DNA from: an uncultured Actinomycetota bacterium
Lineage (GTDB): Bacteria > Actinomycetota > Actinomycetes > Propionibacteriales > Nocardioidaceae
Assembly: GCA_963784545.1 (NCBI GenBank)
Contig: CAWARQ010000002.1
Location: 571,512 to 635,511, forward strand
DNA: 64,000 bases
Direction: 5' to 3'
Below, one piece after another: positions 26,104 to 35,057 of the stretch (positions are counted from its first letter, which is position 1; every line of letters begins with the position of its first letter). A model generated the notes under the pieces. That model saw only the letters and a list, made by a program, of their open reading frames with translations, searched no databases and was not told the DNA's origin. Both the position numbers and the translations under genes were made by a program.

Positions 26104-28478
26104 GGGGTGTGCTCCTGTCGAAGGTGGAACAGCTCGGACGGCGAGATCGGCATCGCCGTGATCGGGAAGCCCTCGGCGTCCTCGATCGCGGCGGCGAAGA
26201 CGGCCGCCGACGGGATGACTCCGGCCTCGCCCGCCCCCTTGATGCCGAGCGGGTTCAGCGGGGACGGCGTCTCGAGGTGGTCGATCTCGATCGAGGTGGG
26301 CACCTCGGTGACGTAGGGCATGAGGAAGTCCATGAAGGAGGCGTTGAGCAGCTGTCCGGACTCGTCGTAGGCCATCCGCTCGTACAGGGCGCCGCCGACG
26401 CCTTGCGCCACTCCGCCGTGGATCTGCCCCTCGACGATCATCGGGTTGATCAGGTGGCCGCAGTCGTGGACCACGGCGTACTTGAGGATCTTCACCTCGG
26501 CGGTCTCCGGGTCGGTCTCGACGATCACCGCGTGCATGCCGGAGGCGAAGGTCGAACGCTCGGGCGAGTGGAAGTCCTTGCCCTCCAGGCCGGGCTCCTC
26601 GCCGCGCGCGATGGGTGGCTTGCCCGGGTCGCCGACGGAGAACTGGGTGGCCGCCTTGGAGGCCTCGTCGAAGGCGTAGCGCAGCGGGTTGGACAGGACG
26701 GCGATGGTGCCGAGGTCGATGGAGGCGTCCGTGCCCTTGACGCTCACGACCCCGTCGTTGATCTCCAGGTCGCTCTCGTCGGCCTCGAGCGCCTCGGCCG
26801 CGATCCGCAGTGCCTTCTCGCGGGTCCGCAGGGCGGCGAGGTGGATCGCCGAGCCGCTCATGACGGCCGCACGCGAGGCGAAGGTGCCCACGGCGTACGG
26901 CATCTTGCGGGTGTCGCCGGTGGTGATCTCGACGTCCTCGAACCTCACGCCGAGGGCGTCGGCGACGATCTGCGCGAAGGCGGTCTGGTGCCCCTGCCCC
27001 TGGGTCGTGAGGCCGGTCGCGACCTTGACCTTGCCCGAGGTCTCGACGTGCACGTGCGCGCCCTCGTACGGACCGACGCCGGTGCCCTCGACGTAGCAGG
27101 CGAGCCCGATGCCGAGGCGTCGCCCCTCCTTCGCTGCGGCCGCCTTCAGGGCGGGGAACTCGTCCCACCCGACCAGCGCCTTGAGCTTGTCCAGGGACGC
27201 CGGGTAGTCGCCGGAGTCGTACTCGAGCTCGCGACCGTCCTGGAAGATCAGGCCGTGGTCGTAGGGGAATTCGTCGGGCTGGATGAAGTTCGCCGACCGG
27301 ACCTCCGTGCGGTCCTTGCCGAGGTAGGCGGCGATCGCGTCCATGGTGCGCTCCATGACGAAGCAGCCCTGCGGCCGCCCCGCGCCGCGGTAGGGCGTGA
27401 CCATCACCGTGTTGGTGTACAGGCTCTCGAAGACGACGCGGTAGTTGTCCGGCTTGTACGGGCCGAGCAGCTGGGTGGAGGTGATGATCGGCACGATCAG
27501 CCCGTACGGCGTGTAGGCGCCGTGGTCGTGCCAGAACTCGACGTTCAGGCCGAGCAGCCGGCCGTCGTCGTCGAACCCGACGTCCACGTGGTGCTCCTGG
27601 GCGCGCTCGTGCGCTGAGGAGATGAAGTGCTCGCGGCGGTCCTCGGTGAACTTCACCGGGACGCCCAACGTGCGGGCCGCCAGGGGGACCAGCAGCTCCT
27701 CGGGCCAGGGGTGGTTGATCTTCACCCCGAAGCCGCCACCGACGTCGGGGGTGATCACGTCGACCTGGGCGAGGTCGAGCTGGAGCTTGGCCGCGACGCA
27801 CCCGCGGACACCGGTGGAGGTCTGAGTGGACGACCACACCGTGAGCCGCGAGGTGTCGGGGTCCCAGCGGGCGACGACGCCGCGGCCCTCCATCGGGGTG
27901 CAGGCGGAGCGCTCGATGTCCAGGTCGAGCGAGAGCGTGTGCGGTGCGCTGGCGATCGCCGCGCGAGCGTCGCCGTTCTCCTGCTCCAGGCGGGCGCCGA
28001 CGTTGTCGGGTACGTCCTCGTGCACGGCGTTCTTCGCGGCGCGGGCTGCGGGGATGCCCACCACGACGGGCAGGGACTCGTAGGAGACGCGGATCTTCGA
28101 GACGGCGTCCTCGGCGAGGTAGCGGTCCTCGGCGACGACGAACGCGATCGCCTCGCCGACGTAGTTCACCTCGCCGTCGGCCAGCGCGTACTGCGTCCGC
28201 CCCTGCGTCAGGGCGGGGTGCGGGATCAGCAGCGGCAGCGGCTCGGCCATCGGGCCGGACAGGTCGTCGATCGTCCACACCAGGTGCACGCCGTCGACGT
28301 CGAGCACGTCGCTGACGTCGATGTCGGTGATCCGAGCGTGCGCGTGCGGCGACCGGAGGACGGCTGCGTGCAGGACCTTCTGACCGACCAGGACGTCGTC
28401 GACGTAGCGGCCCTGGCCGCGGACGAACCGCTGGTCCTCGACCCGGGGCACCTTGGTCCCGAACAGCTTGGTGGTCAT
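26100..28478 (-). CDS. Molybdenum hydroxylase large subunit (XDH/CoxL family; candidate uracil/thymine dehydrogenase)
   Basis: LRSPHAHA, DVGGGFGVK, PYRGAGRP, QGQGHQTAFAQ, GQIHGGVAQGVG, GIKGAGE; ATG 28478. Confidence 0.9.
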   Translation of the reverse strand: MTTKLFGTKVPRVEDQRFVRGQGRYVDDVLVGQKVLHAAVLRSPHAHARITDIDVSDVLDVDGVHLVWTIDDLSGPMAEPLPLLIPHPALTQGRTQYALADGEVNYVGEAIAFVVAEDRYLAEDAVSKIRVSYESLPVVVGIPAARAAKNAVHEDVPDNVGARLEQENGDARAAIASAPHTLSLDLDIERSACTPMEGRGVVARWDPDTSRLTVWSSTQTSTGVRGCVAAKLQLDLAQVDVITPDVGGGFGVKINHPWPEELLVPLAARTLGVPVKFTEDRREHFISSAHERAQEHHVDVGFDDDGRLLGLNVEFWHDHGAYTPYGLIVPIITSTQLLGPYKPDNYRVVFESLYTNTVMVTPYRGAGRPQGCFVMERTMDAIAAYLGKDRTEVRSANFIQPDEFPYDHGLIFQDGRELEYDSGDYPASLDKLKALVGWDEFPALKAAAAKEGRRLGIGLACYVEGTGVGPYEGAHVHVETSGKVKVATGLTTQGQGHQTAFAQIVADALGVRFEDVEITTGDTRKMPYAVGTFASRAAVMSGSAIHLAALRTREKALRIAAEALEADESDLEINDGVVSVKGTDASIDLGTIAVLSNPLRYAFDEASKAATQFSVGDPGKPPIARGEEPGLEGKDFHSPERSTFASGMHAVIVETDPETAEVKILKYAVVHDCGHLINPMIVEGQIHGGVAQGVGGALYERMAYDESGQLLNASFMDFLMPYVTEVPTSIEIDHLETPSPLNPLGIKGAGEAGVIPSAAVFAAAIEDAEGFPITAMPISPSELFHLRQEHTP

Positions 28479-28954
28479 CGTCCGAGCTCCGCGGCGCGCA
28501 GCACGGACTTCACGATGTTCTGGTAGCCGGTGCAGCGGCACAAGTTCCCGGCGATCATCTCCCGCGCCTCGTCCTCGGTCGGGTCGGGGTTCTCCTCGAG
28601 CCCGGCGGTGATCGTGGTGAGGAACCCGGGCGTGCAGAAGCCGCACTGCAGACCGTGGCAGTCGCGGAACGCCTGCTGCACCGGGCTCAGGGTGCCGTCG
28701 GCGTCGGCGAGCCCCTCGACGGTGGTGATCGCAGCACCCTCGGCCGAGACGGCCAGCATCAGGCACGAGCGCATCGGCCTGCCGTCGACCAGCACCGTGC
28801 AGGCACCGCAGACACCGTGCTCGCACCCCACGTGGGTGCCGGTCAGGCCGCAGTCGTGCCGCAGGGCGTCGGAGAGCAGCCGACGGCCGGGCACCTCGAC
28901 CACGTGGGTCGCGCCGTTGACCTCCAGCCGGACCTCGTGCAGCTCCTCAGACAC
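28475..28954 (-). CDS. Molybdenum hydroxylase small [2Fe-2S] subunit (CoxS-like)
   Basis: GCEHGVCGACTV, QCGFCTPG, NLCRCTGY. Confidence 0.93.
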   Translation of the reverse strand: MSEELHEVRLEVNGATHVVEVPGRRLLSDALRHDCGLTGTHVGCEHGVCGACTVLVDGRPMRSCLMLAVSAEGAAITTVEGLADADGTLSPVQQAFRDCHGLQCGFCTPGFLTTITAGLEENPDPTEDEAREMIAGNLCRCTGYQNIVKSVLRAAELGR

Positions 28955-29798
28955 TCCGCTCCCCTCTCCGGGACATCTCCTGGGCGCGCGCCAGCACGCG
29001 CTCGGTCAGCACGCGCACCAGGTGGGCGCGGTAGTCGGCGGTGGCGTGGATGTCGTCGACGGGTTCGAGCACGGCCAGGGCCGCAGACGCCGGGTCGTCG
29101 TCGCCGGTCACGTCCACCACCGTGGGGACGTCGCTGACCGAGAGGTAGCCGAGCCGCGTGCGCTCGGGCGTCACGTGCGCTGCGACGCCGACGAGGGCGT
29201 AGTCGCCGTGTCGCCGGGCGATCTCCTCGAAGGCGACGCCGCTGCCGGCCGCCAGCGCCGGGACGTACGCCGACACCGCGAGCTCGTCGGCCGCGAGGGT
29301 CGACTCGAGCGGGCCGGCGTACAGCTCCGCGGCCGGGATCGTCCGGGAGCCGCGGACCGAGGTCACGTCCACCGAGCCGCCCAGCAGCGAGAGCACCATC
29401 GGCATCTCGGCCGCAGCGTCGGCGTGGACGATCGAGCCGACCGTGGTCCCGCGGTTGCGGATCGTCGGGTGCGCGACGTGCGAGAGCGCCATCCGCAGCA
29501 GGGGCTGCACCTCGGCCGCGCCGTCGTGGGCCAGCAGGTCCGCGTGCCGCACGAGGGCGCCGAACCGGACGCCGGCCCCAGCCCCCGACGGGGTCACCTC
29601 GACGGCGTCGAGGCCAGGCACCCGGTTGACGTCGACGACCACGTCCGGCGCCGCCAGTCGCATCGAGAGCAGCGGGACCAGGCTCTGGCCGCCGGCCAGC
29701 ACCTTCGCGCTGCCGCCCCCCTCAGCACTGCCGGCCAGGGTCTCCAACGCCTCCTGGAGAGTGCCTGGCCGGCGGTAGCTGAAGGGTGCTGGCTTCAC
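28947..29798 (-). CDS. Molybdenum hydroxylase FAD subunit (CoxM-like)
   Basis: KPAPFSYRRP, VLAGGQSLVPLLSMRLA, IRNRGTTVGS, ARRHGDYA. Confidence 0.93.
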   Translation of the reverse strand: MKPAPFSYRRPGTLQEALETLAGSAEGGGSAKVLAGGQSLVPLLSMRLAAPDVVVDVNRVPGLDAVEVTPSGAGAGVRFGALVRHADLLAHDGAAEVQPLLRMALSHVAHPTIRNRGTTVGSIVHADAAAEMPMVLSLLGGSVDVTSVRGSRTIPAAELYAGPLESTLAADELAVSAYVPALAAGSGVAFEEIARRHGDYALVGVAAHVTPERTRLGYLSVSDVPTVVDVTGDDDPASAALAVLEPVDDIHATADYRAHLVRVLTERVLARAQEMSRRGERSV

Positions 29799-29813
29799 TG
29801 TTCCCTGGGTGTC

Positions 29814-31313
29814 CTAGTCCTGCCGGTGGGTTCCCGGGGTCCCCGAGGTCCCCGTCGTGCCTGTGGTCCCCGTGGTACCGGTGGTGCCCATCGTGCCCGG
29901 GGTCTGGGAATCGGCGCCCTCGGGGCCGACGGTCATCGCCCCGGCCTCGAGGTCCGTGCCCGCGCTGCGCGCGACCATCCGGGCGACGTGGTAGCCCACG
30001 ACGATGATCAAGGTACCCATCGCGATGCCGCCCAGCGGGAAGTCGCTCGTGATGTTGAAGAAGGAGTTGTCGCTCAGGCCGATGCCCATGGTCAGGCCCG
30101 CGGCGACCGGCACCAGGTTGACCGGGTTGGCGAAGTTGACGCCGTTCTCCACCCAGATCTTGGCGCCGAGCAGGCCGATCATCCCGTAGAGCACCAGAGT
30201 GATGCCGCCGAGCACGCCACTCGGCGTGGTGGCCACCAGCGCCCCGAACTTCGGGATGAAGCCGAAGAAGATCGCGACGATCGCCGCGACGAAGTACGCC
30301 GCCGTCGAGTAGACCCGAGTGGCCGCCATGACGCCGATGTTCTCGGCGTACGTCGTGGTGGGCGAGCCACCGACGAACGAGGCCAGCGTCGTGCCGACAC
30401 CGTCAGCGGCGACCGCCTTGCCCATGACCGGGTCGAGGTTGCGACCGGTCATGCCCGAGACCGCCTTGACGTGACCCATGTTCTCCGCCACCAGCGCGAT
30501 CACGGCCGGCAGGGCGAGCAGGGTGAAGGTGATCGAGAGGCTCGGCAGGTGCCAGCCGACCAGGTCGTAGTGCGTGCCACCGGAGAAGGGGCTCTGGTTG
30601 CCCACCAGCCCGTCAGCGGTGTGCGGTGGGAAGCCGAACCAGTCGGCGCTCTTGACGTTGTCCCAGTTCACCCGGTCACCGTCCACGCCGCCGACGCCGA
30701 TCGCGTCGAACAGGAGGGACAGCACGAAGCCGAAGATCAGGCCGAGGAAGATCGCGATGCGGCCGAAGAAGCCGCGCAGCCCGACGGCCATGAGGATGAC
30801 CGCGAACATCGTGATGAGGGCGACCCAGCGGTCGGCCGGCATGTAGATGCCGGTGGCGACCCGGCAGAGGTTGAAGCCGATCAGCATGACGACGGCGCCG
30901 GTGACCACCGGGGGCAGCAGTCCGTTGACGAAGCCGGGGCCGGCGAAGTGGATCGCGACACCGACCAGCGCCAGCACGATGCCGGAGACCATGATCGCGC
31001 CGGTGACGTCGGAGGGGCCGCCGCCCTGGGCATAGATCGCGGCCGCGCCGCCGACGAAGGACGCCGACGTGCCGAGGTAGCTCGGCACCGTGCCCTTGAC
31101 GATGAGCAGGAAGCAGATCGTCGCGATACCGCTCATCATGATCGCCAGGTTGGCGTTCAGGCCCATCACGATCGGGAACACGAAGGTCGCACCGAACATC
31201 GCGACGACGTGCTGGGCGCCGAGCCCGACGGTCTTGCCCCACGCCAGTCTCTCGTCCGGGGCCACCGCCTGACCAGGTGCGGGATCGACTTCCCGCCAGG
31301 TGAACATCGACAT
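29814..31313 (-). CDS. NCS2 family nucleobase permease (UraA/PbuX-like)
   Basis: LGAQHVVAMFGAT, PSYLGTSASF, PPVVTG, ENMGH, TTYAENIG; GGAGGA SD before ATG 31313; 499 aa. Confidence 0.92.
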   Translation of the reverse strand: MSMFTWREVDPAPGQAVAPDERLAWGKTVGLGAQHVVAMFGATFVFPIVMGLNANLAIMMSGIATICFLLIVKGTVPSYLGTSASFVGGAAAIYAQGGGPSDVTGAIMVSGIVLALVGVAIHFAGPGFVNGLLPPVVTGAVVMLIGFNLCRVATGIYMPADRWVALITMFAVILMAVGLRGFFGRIAIFLGLIFGFVLSLLFDAIGVGGVDGDRVNWDNVKSADWFGFPPHTADGLVGNQSPFSGGTHYDLVGWHLPSLSITFTLLALPAVIALVAENMGHVKAVSGMTGRNLDPVMGKAVAADGVGTTLASFVGGSPTTTYAENIGVMAATRVYSTAAYFVAAIVAIFFGFIPKFGALVATTPSGVLGGITLVLYGMIGLLGAKIWVENGVNFANPVNLVPVAAGLTMGIGLSDNSFFNITSDFPLGGIAMGTLIIVVGYHVARMVARSAGTDLEAGAMTVGPEGADSQTPGTMGTTGTTGTTGTTGTSGTPGTHRQD

Positions 31314-31340
31314 GGTTCCTCCACTCGTTAAGGGCCCCGA

Positions 31341-31424
31341 GCGCCACAAGTTAGTGGCGCCCATCACACACCCTCGACGGCGAGAAATGCCGAAGGAACG
31401 CCGTCGGCACTGGCAGAGGTTGCG
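31341..31424 (-). promoter_or_regulatory. Permease-coxMSLG operon promoter with paired GGCA-N5-TGCC-like boxes
   Basis: GGCGAGAAATGCC at 31379-31391 and GGCAGAGGTTGCG at 31412-31424 (33 bp apart). TAACTT -10 (31348-31353) is 25 nt from the proximal box. Confidence 0.6.
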
Positions 31425-31471
31425 GCGGTCCAGACCGGTCCGGAGCGTGCGAAAGCCCCCGGAACGGGGTC

Positions 31472-32740
31472 CTAGCCGCCGATCTCGAGCACCCGGAGGG
31501 CGACCGCGACGTCGAGTCGCAGGTCCGGGTCGGTGGAGACCGGACCGAGCAGCCGCTCGAGCTTGCCGAGGCGGTAGCGCATCGTGTTGTAGTGGAAGAA
31601 CTGCAGCCGCGCCGCCTCGGCGACGTTGAAATTGGTGTCCAGCAGCCGCTGCAGCGTTTCCCGCAGGCTCGCCGCCTCCTCGGTGGCTTCGGCCAGCGGC
31701 CCGAGCACGTCGTGGGTGAACGACTCCAGCTCGGCCCGCTCCGGCACCAGGGCGATGAGCCGATGGACACCGAGCTGGTCGAAGTGGGTGGTGGACCCCG
31801 GGCCGCGGATCCGCCGGCCGGTGCTCACGGCGCGCTCGGCCTGCGCGAAGGCGTCGGGGAGGTCGGCCACGGACGACGCGACCCGGCTCACCCCGACGCT
31901 GAAGCTCCGCCGGCCGCCGCCCTTGTCGCCGGTGACGGCGCGGACGGCGCGGGTCACCACCTGCGCGCCCGGCGGGCCCGATGCCCCCGTCTCGTCGACC
32001 GGCAGCAAGGTGACGACCTCGTTGCCGAAGTCGACCGAGGGGCTCGCCGGCGCCTGCTGCTCGGTGACCATCCGCCAGGCCGCCGCGAAGCGCTCCTGCC
32101 ACTGTCGCCCCCGCGCCTGGGCGGGCGGCTCGCTCTTGCCGGCGGGATCGAGCTCGGCGACGACCACGACCAGCGGCCGGCGCAGGTCCCAGCCGAAGCC
32201 GGCCGCATGCTCGGCGACGTACGCCGGATCGCCGGCCCGGCGCAGGAACACGTCGCGCAGGAAGTCCCCGCGGTACTTGTTCTCGACCGCGTTGACCGCG
32301 TCCTGCCGGGTGATGACGAGGGCGCCGACGATGGCGGCCCGCTCCAGGGCCTGGACGTCCTCCTCGGTGATCTCGCCGTCCTCGCGGTAGGCGACCAGGC
32401 GGGCGAGGTCGGTGCCGCCGGCGACCACGCGGAGGGTCCGCACCCAGCCGGTCCCGGACGGGCCGGGGACCTGGACGCCCTGGCCGCCGAGCCGCTCGAC
32501 CCGGAGTCGCCCGGAGGACTCGATCACCTCGGCCTCCGTCAGCTGGGCCCGCTGCGCGTCGCTCAGGTGGGCGCCCCGCTCCCTGCCGTCGGTGGAGGTG
32601 AAGGCGGCGCCCAGGTCGAGGACCTCCGCCACCTCGCGCGCGATCACTCCCAGGTCACCTCCCTCGAGGACGATGCCGGTGAGCCCGATGTGCAGCGCGT
32701 CGCTCCGGGCGAGCCCGGCAGCGTGTCCACGCGCAGCCAT
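31472..32740 (-). CDS. PucR/CdaR family transcriptional regulator
   Basis: C-terminal HTH LRETLQRLLDTNFNVAEAARLQFFHYNTMRYRLGKLERLLG; GGDEF-like core; AGGAGG SD before ATG 32740. Confidence 0.9.
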   Translation of the reverse strand: MAARGHAAGLARSDALHIGLTGIVLEGGDLGVIAREVAEVLDLGAAFTSTDGRERGAHLSDAQRAQLTEAEVIESSGRLRVERLGGQGVQVPGPSGTGWVRTLRVVAGGTDLARLVAYREDGEITEEDVQALERAAIVGALVITRQDAVNAVENKYRGDFLRDVFLRRAGDPAYVAEHAAGFGWDLRRPLVVVVAELDPAGKSEPPAQARGRQWQERFAAAWRMVTEQQAPASPSVDFGNEVVTLLPVDETGASGPPGAQVVTRAVRAVTGDKGGGRRSFSVGVSRVASSVADLPDAFAQAERAVSTGRRIRGPGSTTHFDQLGVHRLIALVPERAELESFTHDVLGPLAEATEEAASLRETLQRLLDTNFNVAEAARLQFFHYNTMRYRLGKLERLLGPVSTDPDLRLDVAVALRVLEIGG

Positions 32741-32755
32741 GAGGGCCTCCTGACT

Positions 32756-32832
32756 ATCAACTCTTGAGTGCGACCACCGAGGGTCGTTGGCAAGACCTCA
32801 CATCGAACATACCCAACTCGGGTCGTTAGCGT
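32756..32832 (+). promoter_or_regulatory. DUF2877-fdrA-DUF1116 promoter with degenerate paired boxes
   Basis: GGCAAGACCTCAC at 32789-32801 is 25 nt before TAGCGT -10 (32827-32832). A degenerate ATCAACTCTTGAG lies 33 bp upstream. Confidence 0.55.
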
Positions 32833-32838
32833 CGGGGC

Positions 32839-33654
32839 ATGATCCCCGTCGCCGCACCTCCACGGGTCCGGGACCGGCTGCGCTCTGCCGAGGGACCGGT
32901 CCGGGTCCTCCACACCGGCGCCGAGGCGTGGTACGTCGAGGTCGACGGACACGCCGTCGGGCTGCTGTCCCGCGACGCCGCCCGCGTCCCCTGCGGGCTG
33001 CGCAGCCACCTGCCAGGGCGCTCGCTCCTCGAGGGCGACGACCCGGGCAAAACTGGGTACCTTGAGGGTGGGACCTTGTGGCTGGGCGGACGGGCCTTCG
33101 GGCTCACCAGATCCGTGGATGTTCGCGCACCACGGATCACCGTCACTCACGGGTTCCGCACGGCGAGCTCGGCCACCGTCACGGCCACCCCCCCGGCCCA
33201 GGTGGCCGAGTTCGTCCGGGGGTTCCTGAGGCGCGCCGACGAGCTGGACGGGCTCGACGACCACCGGATGGCCGAGCTGGCTCCCGCGCTGGTCGGTGCC
33301 GGCCCTGGTCTCACGCCGCTGGGCGACGACCTGCTGTGCGGATGGCTGGCCGCGCACCGGGCGGCGGGTCGCGCGACCCCCGCCACCGATGCCGTCCTCG
33401 ACCTGCTGGTCGGGTCAGGGCGCCGCCTGGAGGGTCCCGCCACCACCCTGCTCTCGGCGACGCTGCTGGACTGCGCCCGCCACGGGGAGGTCCTGCCCGA
33501 GCTCGGCTCGTGGCTCGGTGCTCTGGGCACCCCAGAGGAGGGCGCACGGCTGGCCCGCCTCCAGACGATCGGCTCCACGTCGGGAGCCGGCCTCGCCGAA
33601 GGAGCCCGCCTGGCGCTCCTGTCCCTGTCCGCACCCGCGAAAGTGGCCCCATGA
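32839..33654 (+). CDS. DUF2877 protein (YlbF/AllH-like oxamate carbamoyltransferase subunit)
   Basis: LVGAGPGLTPLGDDLLCG and IGSTSG family motifs; adjacent to FdrA and DUF1116. Confidence 0.82.
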   Translation: MIPVAAPPRVRDRLRSAEGPVRVLHTGAEAWYVEVDGHAVGLLSRDAARVPCGLRSHLPGRSLLEGDDPGKTGYLEGGTLWLGGRAFGLTRSVDVRAPRITVTHGFRTASSATVTATPPAQVAEFVRGFLRRADELDGLDDHRMAELAPALVGAGPGLTPLGDDLLCGWLAAHRAAGRATPATDAVLDLLVGSGRRLEGPATTLLSATLLDCARHGEVLPELGSWLGALGTPEEGARLARLQTIGSTSGAGLAEGARLALLSLSAPAKVAP

Positions 33655-35057
33655 CCGATTCAGTGATCCTCCGCTCGGGCGCCTACGCCGACTCGGTGAC
33701 CCTCCTGCAGGTCAGCCGCACGGTGCAGGGCGCGCCCGGGGTGGTGACCGCCCAGGTCGCCATGGCCACCCCGCTCAACGTCGAGGTGCTCACCGGCATG
33801 GGCTTCGCCGTCCCCGCAGAGGCGACCACCAACGACCTGGTGATCGCCCTGCGCCTGGAGTCCCCGGACGGACTGGACGCCGCACTCGCGGCCGTCGACG
33901 AGGCGCTGACCTCCCGTCGTACGTCGTCGGGCGAGTCGACGCACGCGCCGCACCGCACCACCGGGGCGGCCCTCCGCGAGCGGCCCGGCCTGGCGCTGGT
34001 GTCGGTGCCGGGCGCGAGCGCCGCGGTCGAGGCGATGGACGCCCTGGAGTCGGGGTGCGACGTGATGGTCTTCAGCGACAACGTGCCGGTCGACCAGGAG
34101 GTCGCGCTCAAGCGGTACGCCGCCGAACGGTCCCTGCTGGTCATGGGGCCCGACTGCGGCACCGCCGTCGTGGGCGGCGTCGGGCTCGGGTTCGCCAACA
34201 CCACCGACCCCGGCCCGGTCGGCCTCGTCGCCGCCTCGGGCACCGGGTGCCAACAGCTGTTGGCGCTCCTCGACCACGCCGGGGTGGGCGTCACGGACGC
34301 CCTCGGGGTGGGCGGGCGCGACCTGTCGGCGGAGGTCGGCGGCCTCTCCACGCGCGAGGGCATGCGCCGGCTCGACGCCGACCCCTCCGTCGAGCTGATC
34401 GTCGTCGTGTCCAAACCACCCGCTCCCGAGGTCGCCGCCAGCATCGGCTCGTACGCCGACAGCCTCACCACCCCGGTCCAGCTGGCCCTGCTCGGGGCCG
34501 GCCAGCCCGACCTCACGGCAGCCGCGGAGGCGATCCTCAGCAGCCTCGAGCGGGACGTGCCCGACTGGCCGGTCGACGGGACGGCCTCACGCGTCGCGCG
34601 CGGCGAGCGGCTCGAGGGACTCTTCGTCGGCGGCACCCTGTGCAGCGAGTCGCGGCTGATCGCGGAGCCGGTGCTCGGGTCCGACCGGTGCCGGTTCGTC
34701 GACTTCGGCGACGACGAGTACACCCAGGGCCGCGCTCACCCGATGATCGACCCGGGGCTACGCCTGGAGGAGATCGCGCGGATCGGAGCCGATCCGGCCA
34801 CCGGCGTCGTCCTCCTCGACGTCGTCCTGGGCCACGGTGCCGAGCCCGACCCGGCCGCCGCCCTGGCGCCCGTCCTGTCCGGGCTCGAGGTGCCCGTCGT
34901 CGCCAGCGTCGTCGGCACCCGCCTCGACCCGCAGGACCGCGCCCGCCAGGTGGCCGCGCTGGTCGAGGCCGGGGTCGAGGTCCACCTGTCCAACGCCCGC
35001 GCCACCCGGCGCGCCCTCGAGCTGCTCGCCCCCGAGCCGGACGGAGCCCCCCGATGA
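33651..35057 (+). CDS. fdrA: FdrA (AllF-like) acyl-CoA synthetase-fold protein
   Basis: GAYADSVTLLQVS, ALVSVPG, MVFSDNV, MGPDCGT, ASGTG, VGGRDLS, GGTLCSE, DFGDDEYTQGRAHPMIDP; ATGA overlaps at both ends. Confidence 0.9.
   Translation: MTDSVILRSGAYADSVTLLQVSRTVQGAPGVVTAQVAMATPLNVEVLTGMGFAVPAEATTNDLVIALRLESPDGLDAALAAVDEALTSRRTSSGESTHAPHRTTGAALRERPGLALVSVPGASAAVEAMDALESGCDVMVFSDNVPVDQEVALKRYAAERSLLVMGPDCGTAVVGGVGLGFANTTDPGPVGLVAASGTGCQQLLALLDHAGVGVTDALGVGGRDLSAEVGGLSTREGMRRLDADPSVELIVVVSKPPAPEVAASIGSYADSLTTPVQLALLGAGQPDLTAAAEAILSSLERDVPDWPVDGTASRVARGERLEGLFVGGTLCSESRLIAEPVLGSDRCRFVDFGDDEYTQGRAHPMIDPGLRLEEIARIGADPATGVVLLDVVLGHGAEPDPAAALAPVLSGLEVPVVASVVGTRLDPQDRARQVAALVEAGVEVHLSNARATRRALELLAPEPDGAPR

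Noticed and set aside
26100-28478. Aerobic carbon monoxide dehydrogenase call
   Set aside because: It lacks the form I AYxCSFR motif, has no coxDEF genes nearby, and the context is nucleobase uptake.
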